Assembly (NCBI GenBank): GCA_043228905.1
Contig: JBHGNT010000012.1
Span: 17,918,001 to 17,982,000, forward strand
Direction: 5' to 3'
Length of the DNA: 64,000 nt
Source of the DNA: Azolla caroliniana
Taxonomy: Eukaryota > Plantae > Polypodiophyta
Part shown: piece by piece, positions 37,483 through 46,913 of the stretch
Layout: every line of letters starts with the position of its first letter
How positions within the stretch are numbered: the first letter of the stretch is position 1
The notes under the pieces: model-generated
The model's input: only the letters and a program-made list of their open reading frames with translations
The model's database searches: none
What the model was told of the DNA's origin: nothing
Made by a program: the position numbers and the translations under genes

Positions 37483-40400
37483 ATGGAAGAAGGCTTCGAC
37501 TCCGAGGAGATGTTGGCAAAGATCTTGATGGACGCCGGACGGAAGAGGGCGAGGCGAGAGGCGGCTCAACAAGCGGTCGAAAGGGTGGTCCGTCTAGTCG
37601 GCCGGTTCGATGGGAAGGAGGTCCCAAAATTTTTGAGAGCCTACGATGCGGAAATGACGGGGATGGGCGTGGACGAAGCGACGAGGCCAGAGTTCTTTCG
37701 TCGAGCGGCGGCCGCATCAAAGTACGAGGAGGTCAAGGAGCTCCAAGAAGCTCACGAATCGTGGGAGTCCTTTGAAGGGGCTCTAATGGAGGCATACGGG
37801 TGCGCGGAATCGGAGGTAAGAGGTCGGCGAGAATTCGATCGGTGGGTGGCGTCGGCGAGGCGCCATCGGAGCGCAATAAAGGCATTCCGAGAGTTCGAGC
37901 GTCGTTTCTCTCAACTCTCGGAGTGGGAACGAAGATCGGTGGGGGCGGACAAAGTCCTCCTATTTTTGAAGACGGTCCATCATGAGGAGAGGATGGACAT
38001 CATGATCGAGCTTCAAGACGATTATGGGGCGCATGGTCTCACCGAGGAGTGGCCCGAAGTAGAACGGGTGTGCCGACAACATGATAAGAGGTGGTCGGCC
38101 ACAACACGACCCGCGAGCGGCGGAGAAGAGAGGGCGGTGGGCGGCTACACACCACCGCCGGAAGAGAGCTCGATGCACGACCAACCGGAGGAGTACGACT
38201 TCGAGGCGTTGGTATGGGAGGCGTGCGGGCTCGTAATGGCGAAAATCGAAGCCGAAGAATGGCTTATTGCGGGGTCGGGCCCGAGCGGATCGGAGGACGC
38301 GGAGGAAGGAGCTTCCTCACACATGGAGGACGGGGCCTATGCGGAGGCCGAAAGAGAATGGTACATCGGTACCACGGGAGAGGGTGCGGAGCGAGCCGCC
38401 CTCTCGACATGGGGGAAAAGAACGACCGAGGACGAGGTCGGGGACGGTGAGGCGGCGATCGCCGATTCGAGCGGACATGGCGGATTCGGGACATGGTGGC
38501 CCGAATCATCGAGTACGGAGGAGACAAGCGGCGGTACCGCAACCTTCCACGCACCGGTTCAAGAGACCCCGGCGGCCGGCCCGAGCGCCCACGTGAGACC
38601 GAGGGAAAAGAACGGTGGCGGCAGCAAGGCGGGCAACCGAGACAACGGTAAGGAGACCGCGGAAGAGGCGGCGGCGAGCATAACCGATGCTTGCATATAT
38701 GGAGGCGGGGTAGCCACGGACAACGACGTTCGAGCGGAGGTGGCTACGGACATTACATCGACGAGCGGCGGTCACGCGACCTTACACGCGTCATTCCTAG
38801 AGATCACGGCGGCCGGCCCGAGTGCCCGCGTAAGACCTATGGTGAAAGGCGGTGGCGGTGGCAAGGCGGGCGACCACGGTGTCGACACGAGAGAAGGTGC
38901 GGGGCAAGCGACCGTCTCATCTCGGGGAAAAAGAACGGCCATGGACGAGGCCGATATCTACGGAGCGATGGACGCCACTTCGAGAGTGGGCGGAAGTTTC
39001 GGGACGCGGTTGCCCGAAACGTTCTACGAGGATTTCGCGAGCATACTCGAGGCTTGCGAAATGGAGGAGGAAGAGGAGACGAGCGTCGGTGTCGCGACCT
39101 TCCACACACCGGCCCTAGAGGCTTCGGCGGTCGGCCCGAGTGCCGGCACGAGACCTAGAGCTACGGACGGTGGCGGCGGCAAGGCGGACAACCGAGATAA
39201 GGACGAGTCCGGCGAAGAAGAGGCGGCGGCAAGCATACTCGATGCTTGCGAAACCGAAGACGGGGTAGCCACGGACGACGATGTCCGAATGGAGGTGGCT
39301 ACGGACGAGAGGAGTGGTGGTGTCGCAACCTTCCACACACCGGTCCTAGAGACTCCGGCACCCGGCCCGAGTGCCGGCACGAGACCTAGAACGACGGGCG
39401 GTGGCGGCGGCAAGGCGGGCAAACAAAATGATGCGGAGAACGGCGAAGAAGAGGTGGTGGCAAGCATACTAGAGGCTTACGGAATCGGAGATGGGGGAGC
39501 CGCGGACAACGACGTCCGAACGAAAGCGGCTACGGAGACAACAAGCGGCGGTGCCGGGTCCTTACCCACACCAATCCTAGAGGCTCCAATGGCCGGCCCG
39601 AGTGCCGGCATGAGGCTTAGTGCGACGGGAGGTGACGGCGGCAAGGTGGGCAACGAAAACGAGAAGGAAGATTGGAGCGGACGGAGGCAAGACCCCTTGA
39701 CACCGGGGCCGGAGACTTCGGCGGTTGTGCTCGAATGCCAACGTGAGACCGGAGAGATGGGCGGTGACCGTGAGGAGGTGAGGCCCGGAGAGAGCGCATA
39801 CGAAGACGAGTATGCGGGGCCCGGAATGGGCGTATACGGTGGGTCCGGCGGAGAGGACCGGAGCGGAAACGAGGAGAGAGTCGGGAACCGACCCGACCGG
39901 AATACGGCACGGAAGAAGAAGAGAGTAAGGGCCGGCGAACCGGGCCCAAACCGAAGGAAGCCGGCGAGACCGATTGGCCGGTTACGGTTACGGTTACGGT
40001 TACGTTGGGAGCCGGTAAGCGCGAGATGGAGGCTAACCGGGCACGACGACCATGGTTCGGGGGAAAAACGGAAACAAACGAGACCCTCCATACCCACTCT
40101 AGAGACTACGGCGGTTGCGGATCAACATAAGACCGGAGAAACGGCGGGTGGCGGCGAGGAGTCGGAGGCCGGAGCGTACGAGGTTGCCGGAACGGATATC
40201 CGGTACGAGATGGTGGACGGGTGGGTCCAAGACGGCGAGCCCGTGTCGGAACGGGCTACGGCGACAAAGGAGGAGAAGACCGACACGGAGGTCGGGTCTA
40301 CGACGGAAGAGCGAGACGAGATGCATGCAATACGGCCGATGGAGGGCCAAGACACATGCATGCCTACGAAGGAGCCACATCGTGCGACCGAAGGTGACGG

Positions 40401-41463
40401 TCGGATCACGCCTTCGAGAGGCGAATACGAGGAGGAAGGCGACGACGACGAGACCTGGCACGATGCTAGGGAAGATTGGTGGGAAGAGGTGGCCTACGGA
40501 GAGGCTAAGACCGGCGGCCACGAAGATAAGGCCCGAGAGGGATCCTCTACACCGGCTATAGAGACTCCGGCGGTCGGCGCGAGTGCCGACGTGAGACCAA
40601 GAGTGGCGGACGGTGGCGGCGAGGGGACGAAGGCCACAACGGATGAAGGCACCGAGAGAGGCATACGGGAGGTCGCGGAGAACGAAGATGTATGCCCCCA
40701 AAAGAACGAACACAACATCACGAAGGATGTGTACGGTCGAGCGGGCCAAGAGGGCCAAGAGGGTGTTCCTCCGAGCGAAACGGAGGTCGGGGAAGAAGGG
40801 TACCTTTCCGAAAGGGTACGCGAAGAGGAGCGGAATGCGAAACGTGCAATGCGGCCGCATGAGGGCCAAGCAACGAGCACGGGAACGATGGTATGCTCTA
40901 CGGCGAGAGAGCACGGCAAGCAAAGGGAAGGCGAAAAATGCGTGATGGGGTCATCGAAGGACCGAAGCACGAGCACGCATTCGGAGGACGACACCGACGT
41001 ACGGGGAAAGCCTACGGAAGGCAAGCGCGGAGCGAGAAGAGTCGGCACGACGAGGTGCGCGGCACGAAAAAGGCGGATCCGGAGGATATACGAGGCGGAC
41101 AAAGGGTCGGCAACGGCGTTCGGGAGGACCGATCGGGGAAGAAAGCGCGGGCATCGGAAACGGCGGTCCGGATGTAGACGGTGGTTCGAGGAATCACGGT
41201 GGACGTGGCGGATCGGGTGGAGGCAACGACTCGGCGAACGTCGTCAAGTGTGGCGGATCGGATGGAGCCGACGGTTCGAGACCATTCGGCGGAGATGGTG
41301 GGCCGGAAGGCGACGGTGGTTCGTGTGGACGGGGTGGACTTGCTCGAAGTGGAAGACGAAGCCGGGCAAGCCCACGAGGTTGTCAAGGGCTCGGTTGGCC
41401 GCCTTGGCCGAAAATCTCGCGTTTTGTTCCCCTTTTGGCACATACCGGTGGATGTGCGGTTAG
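37483..41463 (+). CDS. 1326-aa Gag-like protein with long acidic Gly/Ala/Thr-rich tandem repeats
   Basis: Uninterrupted ORF from just after the PBS to the PPT. The N-terminal ~200 aa align with Gag 19007-20107. Repeat unit of about 77 aa. Confidence 0.8.
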   Translation: MEEGFDSEEMLAKILMDAGRKRARREAAQQAVERVVRLVGRFDGKEVPKFLRAYDAEMTGMGVDEATRPEFFRRAAAASKYEEVKELQEAHESWESFEGALMEAYGCAESEVRGRREFDRWVASARRHRSAIKAFREFERRFSQLSEWERRSVGADKVLLFLKTVHHEERMDIMIELQDDYGAHGLTEEWPEVERVCRQHDKRWSATTRPASGGEERAVGGYTPPPEESSMHDQPEEYDFEALVWEACGLVMAKIEAEEWLIAGSGPSGSEDAEEGASSHMEDGAYAEAEREWYIGTTGEGAERAALSTWGKRTTEDEVGDGEAAIADSSGHGGFGTWWPESSSTEETSGGTATFHAPVQETPAAGPSAHVRPREKNGGGSKAGNRDNGKETAEEAAASITDACIYGGGVATDNDVRAEVATDITSTSGGHATLHASFLEITAAGPSARVRPMVKGGGGGKAGDHGVDTREGAGQATVSSRGKRTAMDEADIYGAMDATSRVGGSFGTRLPETFYEDFASILEACEMEEEEETSVGVATFHTPALEASAVGPSAGTRPRATDGGGGKADNRDKDESGEEEAAASILDACETEDGVATDDDVRMEVATDERSGGVATFHTPVLETPAPGPSAGTRPRTTGGGGGKAGKQNDAENGEEEVVASILEAYGIGDGGAADNDVRTKAATETTSGGAGSLPTPILEAPMAGPSAGMRLSATGGDGGKVGNENEKEDWSGRRQDPLTPGPETSAVVLECQRETGEMGGDREEVRPGESAYEDEYAGPGMGVYGGSGGEDRSGNEERVGNRPDRNTARKKKRVRAGEPGPNRRKPARPIGRLRLRLRLRWEPVSARWRLTGHDDHGSGEKRKQTRPSIPTLETTAVADQHKTGETAGGGEESEAGAYEVAGTDIRYEMVDGWVQDGEPVSERATATKEEKTDTEVGSTTEERDEMHAIRPMEGQDTCMPTKEPHRATEGDGRITPSRGEYEEEGDDDETWHDAREDWWEEVAYGEAKTGGHEDKAREGSSTPAIETPAVGASADVRPRVADGGGEGTKATTDEGTERGIREVAENEDVCPQKNEHNITKDVYGRAGQEGQEGVPPSETEVGEEGYLSERVREEERNAKRAMRPHEGQATSTGTMVCSTAREHGKQREGEKCVMGSSKDRSTSTHSEDDTDVRGKPTEGKRGARRVGTTRCAARKRRIRRIYEADKGSATAFGRTDRGRKRGHRKRRSGCRRWFEESRWTWRIGWRQRLGERRQVWRIGWSRRFETIRRRWWAGRRRWFVWTGWTCSKWKTKPGKPTRLSRARLAALAENLAFCSPFGTYRWMCG

Positions 41464-42455
41464 GTGGGGGCGGATGTCGTGAAGATTTTCGTCCATAGGC
41501 GGAAAACCGAGCGAAGCAAGCAAACCCGCGATGTGCAACGTTGCACATCAACATGTTGTATTTCTATTTATCGATAGTGATAAGTGTGGTGCTAGAAATG
41601 CACCTTAGGATTTGTAAAGTGTAAAGGTGATGTGCTTTTGCGCGCACATCCACGTGAGAGAGAGAGATAGGTACATAGTAGTTCGTGTAGAGGTGGGAGT
41701 TAAGACCCATCCTTCCCACCTCCCCTAAAATCAAGGGAAATATCCCCATTGATTGAAAGGGGATATTTTGTAGCACCTTTATGTAACGGTCTTCCCTCCT
41801 TGTGCTATAAAGGGAGAGGAAGAGCACCATTGTGGGGGTTGCCTATTTTGAGTGCGAAAGGTATACCACATAGGACGAGCGTTAGGTTTAGGGTTTCTTT
41901 CTTCTTCGTCGGATTAGGGTTTCGGGTTTATCATAGTCGTTCGGTGCGGCCTACGCGGCCGCCATTTTGTAATCGGTTTTCGGTTCTAATATATCTTGTT
42001 AGCATTTTGCCTCCATCTTCCTCTTGTTCATTCTTTCTCTTCTTGTGCTAAGCTCCATTCCGAAGTCCTACTCCTTCCCCCCTTCTCCTTAGTCCAAGAC
42101 CCCCGTGGTTCCGCCCTTCTCCACGCACGCGCGTAACAACGCGACAGCGGTTCGGATACAACGAGTACATGGCGCATCATTATGCGTACATGACTCGTGT
42201 AGCGGAAGTGCGTGAGCCGGAGAGCTACGCAAAAGCGGCTAAAGACGCGAATTGGCATGCCGCGATGGAGGAAGAGATGCACGCATTGGCGGAGAACGAG
42301 ACCTAGGACCTGGTTGACGCACCAACAGGGGTAAAACCGATCAGGTGTAGGTGGGTGTACAAGGTCAAGTACAACACTGATGGCTCGGTCAACCGGTACA
42401 AGGCTCGGCTAGTGGCAAAGGGCTACGCGCAGAAACACGGCATCGACTACGATGA

Positions 42456-43308
42456 GACATTTGCGCCGGTCGCGAAAATGACGACCGTCCGTGTTTTGCT
42501 CGCAGTAGCCGCGGCCAAGGGGTGGCACCTACATCAAATGGATGTAAAGAATGCGTTCCTGCAAGGTGACCTTGAGGAACAGGTGTACATGGTACAGCCC
42601 CCCGGATTTCATTCTGGAACGAACTCCTCGGCAATATGCCGACTGAAGAAGTCCCTTTACGGACTGAAGCAAGCCCCGCGTGCCTGGAACGCGAAGATCA
42701 CGCAACAACTGCGTCGGATGGGCTTCGTCACGTCAAAATCGGACTCTTCCCTGTTCATCCAGAAAGGTCGACTTGGACCGGTTAGTATTTTACTATATGT
42801 TGATGACTTGGTCAGCACCGGCGCCGATCTACGTGAAATCGACCGCGTGAAGCTCCAACTTGCGGCATCGTTCACGGCATCGTTCGACATTTGCGCCGGT
42901 CGCGAAAATGACAACCATCCGTGTTTTGCTCGCAGTAGCCGCGGCCAAGGGGTGGCACCTACATCAAATGGATGTAAAGAATGCGTTCCTGCAAGGTGAC
43001 CTTGAGGAACAGGTGTACATGGTACAGCCCCCCGGATTTCATTCTGGAACGAACTCCTCGGCAATATGCCGACCGAAGAAGTCCCTTTACGGACTGAAGC
43101 AAGCCCCGCGTGCCTGGAACGCGAAGATCACGCAACAACTGCGTTGGATGGGCTTCGTCACGTCAAAATCGGACTCTTCCCTGTTCATCCGGAAAGGTCG
43201 ACTTGGACCGGTTAGTATTTTACTATATGTTGATGACTTGGTCAGCACCGGCGCCGATCTACGTGAAATCGACCGCGTGAAGCTCCAACTTGCGGCATCG
43301 TTTGACAT
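42456..43308 (+). repeat. 430-bp-period tandem duplication inside the copia RT
   Basis: GACATTTGCGCCGGT... starts at 42456 and again at 42886. About 6 transitions between the copies. Confidence 0.95.
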
Positions 43309-45867
43309 GAAGGATCTGGGGAACCTTCATTACTTCCTCGGGATCGAAGTGATCCGTACCCCCGAAGGCATATTGATCAGCCAACGTCATTACGTGCTGG
43401 GTATGCTCTTCAAACTCGGGATGGCCGACTGTAAGTCCGTCTCAATTCCTCTAGACAGAACCGTCAAGCTTCGTCCCGATACGGGAAAGGTATGCGACCC
43501 GAAGAGGTTCCGACAAATTGTTGGAAGCCTCATATACTTGACCATCACCCGACCCGACCTCAGTTATCCGGTCGGAGTGATCAGTCAATTCATGGCGCGA
43601 CCTACCGAGGAGCACCTTCAGTGTGCGCAACGCATACTTCGGTATGTCAACGGCACTAAGGACCAGGGACTGCTATATCAGACTGGTGCAGCCGCGCAGT
43701 TAGTCGGCTACACCGATGTTGATTGGGCTGGCAACGCCGCCGATCGTCGATCCACGTTCGGATACGCGTTCTCCCTCAGGAGTGCCGCGATCGCGTGGAG
43801 CAATAAGAAGCAGCCGACATTTGCACTGTCGAGCACCAAAGCTGAGTACCGAGGAGCGGTTGTCGCGACATGCGAAGCCATATGGTTGAAGCGGCTCCTT
43901 AAGGATCTGCAGGTGGAGGTGTCCGATCCAACGACGATCTACTGCGACAACCTCAGTAGCATCCAGCTCGCGAAAAACCCTGTTTTCCACGCACAGACCA
44001 AGCACATTGAGGTGCACTACCATTTCGTCTGTGAGCGTGTCCTTTCCGGTGAAGTCGAACTTCAGTACGTTCCGACGGATCGGCAGACTGCCAACATCTT
44101 CACCAAGCCTCTTGGTCTGGACAAGTTGCGGCAATTCTCAGGTGCACTCGGATTGCGTCACCTCGACGTGCCGAACTTGAGGGGGAGAACAGTCCCGAAC
44201 GACCAAGCAAGGCAGCATGAAAGGAGCGGAGACCGAGACACCGAGTCGGTTGACTCGGTTGTCGAGTTCGACTTCGGATCGGCTAAAGAAGCCGAGGGCG
44301 GACCCGTGGAAAAGTCCGGAAGCGGACAAAAGGGGAGCAATCGAAGGAGAGAGCCGAAGCCAACCACGCATGGGGAAGATGATGCCACCAAGGGCGAGAA
44401 GACCGAAGACGAGTTGGAGACAGCCAACTCGGACGAGAGCGAAAACCGATCGGAGGTAGCCGAGTCGGTTCGGATGGTTGATTCAGATACGCTGAATCAA
44501 CCGAGGCCCAAGGGGAAGAAAAGGCAGCAGGAGAAGCGTCAACACCGCAACAGCAAAAGAGCTGATAAGGGCCACATGAGCAGACAAGCCGACTGGAAGG
44601 GTCGAAGCGCGCGGTGTCGAACAGGTCGAGGAGCGCGAGCGAGGCGTGAAGCCAGGAGGAACCAGAGCTGTGAGCCCGGAGATCCCGAACAGCCTCAAGT
44701 TGAGCTTGAGGGGGAGTGTTGAGAGACAAGCTCAACATCGGCCGGATCGGCTGAAGAAGCCAAGGACCGGATCGGTTGGACCGATCGGTTAGGCCGAGTG
44801 CATAAACCAGGAGGCCGTTAGGAAAGATATTCCATGAGGAATATATTTGGGAGTTAGTGTAGGAGCTCTTAATGAGCATTGAAGTACTGTCAGTACTTCT
44901 GTCGGTCCTTCTAGGACTTGTATAAAAGTGTTCATTGAACACACATATGTATAGAGTGTGGTGAATAGAGATTGTTGCTGTTGAATATAGTTCGTGTGTT
45001 TTCTCTCTCTCTCTCTCTCACTCTCTCTGTCTCTCCCGCATATACTGCGTAAGCTCAAGCTCTCCATTGAACCTGAGTTTTCTTCCTCCTGTTCGGTCTT
45101 CACACTTGCTTCCGCACGTTACTTTTCACACTCTTCAATCGGATTGAACCCTGGTGACCATGGCTGAAGCAACACCTTGCCGTACTTTAGTTCGAGTACC
45201 TTGAGCTCGACCAGTGGTTGCGCCAGCAAGCCATTACCTAATTCGATGTGGAAGAAGTTTTTCCCTAAACCCCTGACACTCTTGATCACAGCCATGTTCT
45301 CCATCACAGCCACCTGGAACATGTCCCGAACCATTCCCTGACTTGGTCTACCTGCCAAAAACCTACATATGAAGGAGGTACGCCGTAGACGTTCGATTTC
45401 CTCCAATAAGAAACGGTTGGCCTCAGGGGACAACGTAATGTCGAGATCTGAACCACCTTCTTCATCGAGCAAACGGGTCGTTGGTGGAAGCACGATTCCT
45501 CCCTCCATAGCGAGTTATGTGTCTTGTGAGGCTATCTATGTAGGTCTTCCCCTCCCCCTTTGTTTTGTGTGTTTTTTAATTAATTAATTAATGTACGTTT
45601 TCTGGTTGGGGGATGGAGGGAGGATTGTGGGTGTGGGAGTACCTGGACAACAGCTGGCGTTGTGCTCCTGCTCCTGCTCTGGTGGACAGCGCGCGCGTTC
45701 TTCATCCTGCACCTGCACCTGCACCTGCGCCTACTCCTGTTCGCCCTGTCTGCGCGCCCTGTTCTGCTACTCCCACTCCACGCTCTGCTGTTGCTCGCGC
45801 TCCCGCATATCATCCATCGGTATTAAAATTAAAGTGGACAATATTCAAGATAATCCAATATTACAAT

Positions 45868-45990
45868 TGTAGTCAATATTTCTAGGTAAAGATAAATAAT
45901 ATTTCTAACCAATCTTATTCATGTTGAATGACTGTAGTCAATATTTCTAGGTAAAGATAAATAATCTTTCTAACCAATCTTATTCATGTT
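45868..45990. repeat. ~65-bp tandem duplication
   Basis: Two copies of TGTAGTCAATATTTCTAGGTAAAGATAAATAAT.TTTCTAACCAATCTTATTCATGTT. Confidence 0.85.
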
Positions 45991-46913
45991 CGGCATATCC
46001 AAGAAAAGTGTTTCATCGAACAGTCCCGTTCTTTCAATCTCAGCATGCATCTGTTGATTTCTCTTACAAACATGCACTTGCCATTATCCTTGCATTGGTG
46101 CCGGATTTCGGGGGGAAAGTATCTTGAAGCACCCTCATTTACCACACACTTTTGTCACAAGAGTGATTAGTTGTTGTCATTTGAGCTAACTTTTGACATT
46201 GTTTTAATCTACTTCTTCTCAAAAAAATTCCTATGATTACTTCGACTAGAATAGCGGATGATTGTAAAACTTAACTTTTCCACATCCCCCCCCCCTTCCC
46301 CTTTAAACGCGCCATATCAGCGCGACGTCTTTTTCATGAGCATGGTAACGTGTTATAACTATAAGTTAGAAGTAAATCACAAAAGTTGAAATGTAATATG
46401 CGCTTATTTTTATTTAAACAAAAACGTTAAGCTATTTTGTAACAATAATGATAAATGACAAATATTTTTCATCGTCAAAGTAGTTTTACAAAACAATTTA
46501 AAGTGGGCTCAAGGACAAAAATATTAACAACAATCGAGTATTGTTACATGCCACATACAAACCTTTCGTATTTGGTGCAAACCCTAATCTATTCCTATCC
46601 AATTCGAAGTGCTACACAGATTCAACTTCGCTTTCTCTTACAAAATTGTTTCTCTTATTTGCATGTTTCCTCGAGGCATCAAATTGTTGGGAGAGCCCAC
46701 GACATTATTAAGTGTTACAATATTTGTATTAAGTCATGCCCTTTTCCAAGTACAAAGGGATAATCAAGGGAACCAAATTTAGTGTATTTATCATTTTTAT
46801 CACTTATGTTCAAGTAAAGGAAACATTGTGTGCCTTGCACTCTTCTCCTTCAACAATAATGAGTTTGAAATTAATTCAACATTTTGTTTTGTTAATTCAA
46901 TTACCTGCATTAG

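Larger units (their letters stand above)
36769..42146 (+). mobile_element. Non-autonomous Gag-only LTR retrotransposon; LTRs 36769-37440 and 41475-42146 (672 bp); TSD GCGG
   Basis: TGTCG...CGACA termini; only one LTR mismatch seen. Removing the element restores the copia frame KNPVLR|FGYNEY. No PR, RT, RH or IN motifs. Confidence 0.95.
33590..45130 (+). mobile_element. Full-length Ty1/copia; LTRs 33590-34003 and 44717-45130 (414 bp); TSD CTCTT
   Basis: PBS TGGTATCAGAGC at 34004-34015; PPT GAGGGGGAG before 44717. Domain order gag-PR-IN-RT(YVDD)-RH. About 8 LTR mismatches by eye. Stops at 34394 and 42304; frameshift near 35725. Confidence 0.97.
32622..45508 (-). pseudogene. LINE ORF1 split by the copia insertion (45508-45131 joined to 33584-32622)
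   Basis: Removing the copia and one CTCTT restores the frame WSPGFNPIEE|LRKLNNPM. Zinc knuckle CFICKQTRHLAKVC; DUF4283-like N-terminus. Confidence 0.85.
28001..45807 (-). mobile_element. Full-length L1-like LINE (~6.3 kb without the nested insertions)
   Basis: Poly(A) seen as T12 at 28001-28012. TSD TATCATCCATTGG (27988-28000) / TATCATCCATCGG (45808-45820). GC-rich 5' UTR, ORF1 and ORF2. Confidence 0.92.

Noticed and set aside
45580-45885. Pro/Ala- or Cys-rich small ORFs
   Set aside because: They derive from (CCTGCA)n in the GC-rich LINE 5' UTR and cross the TSD.
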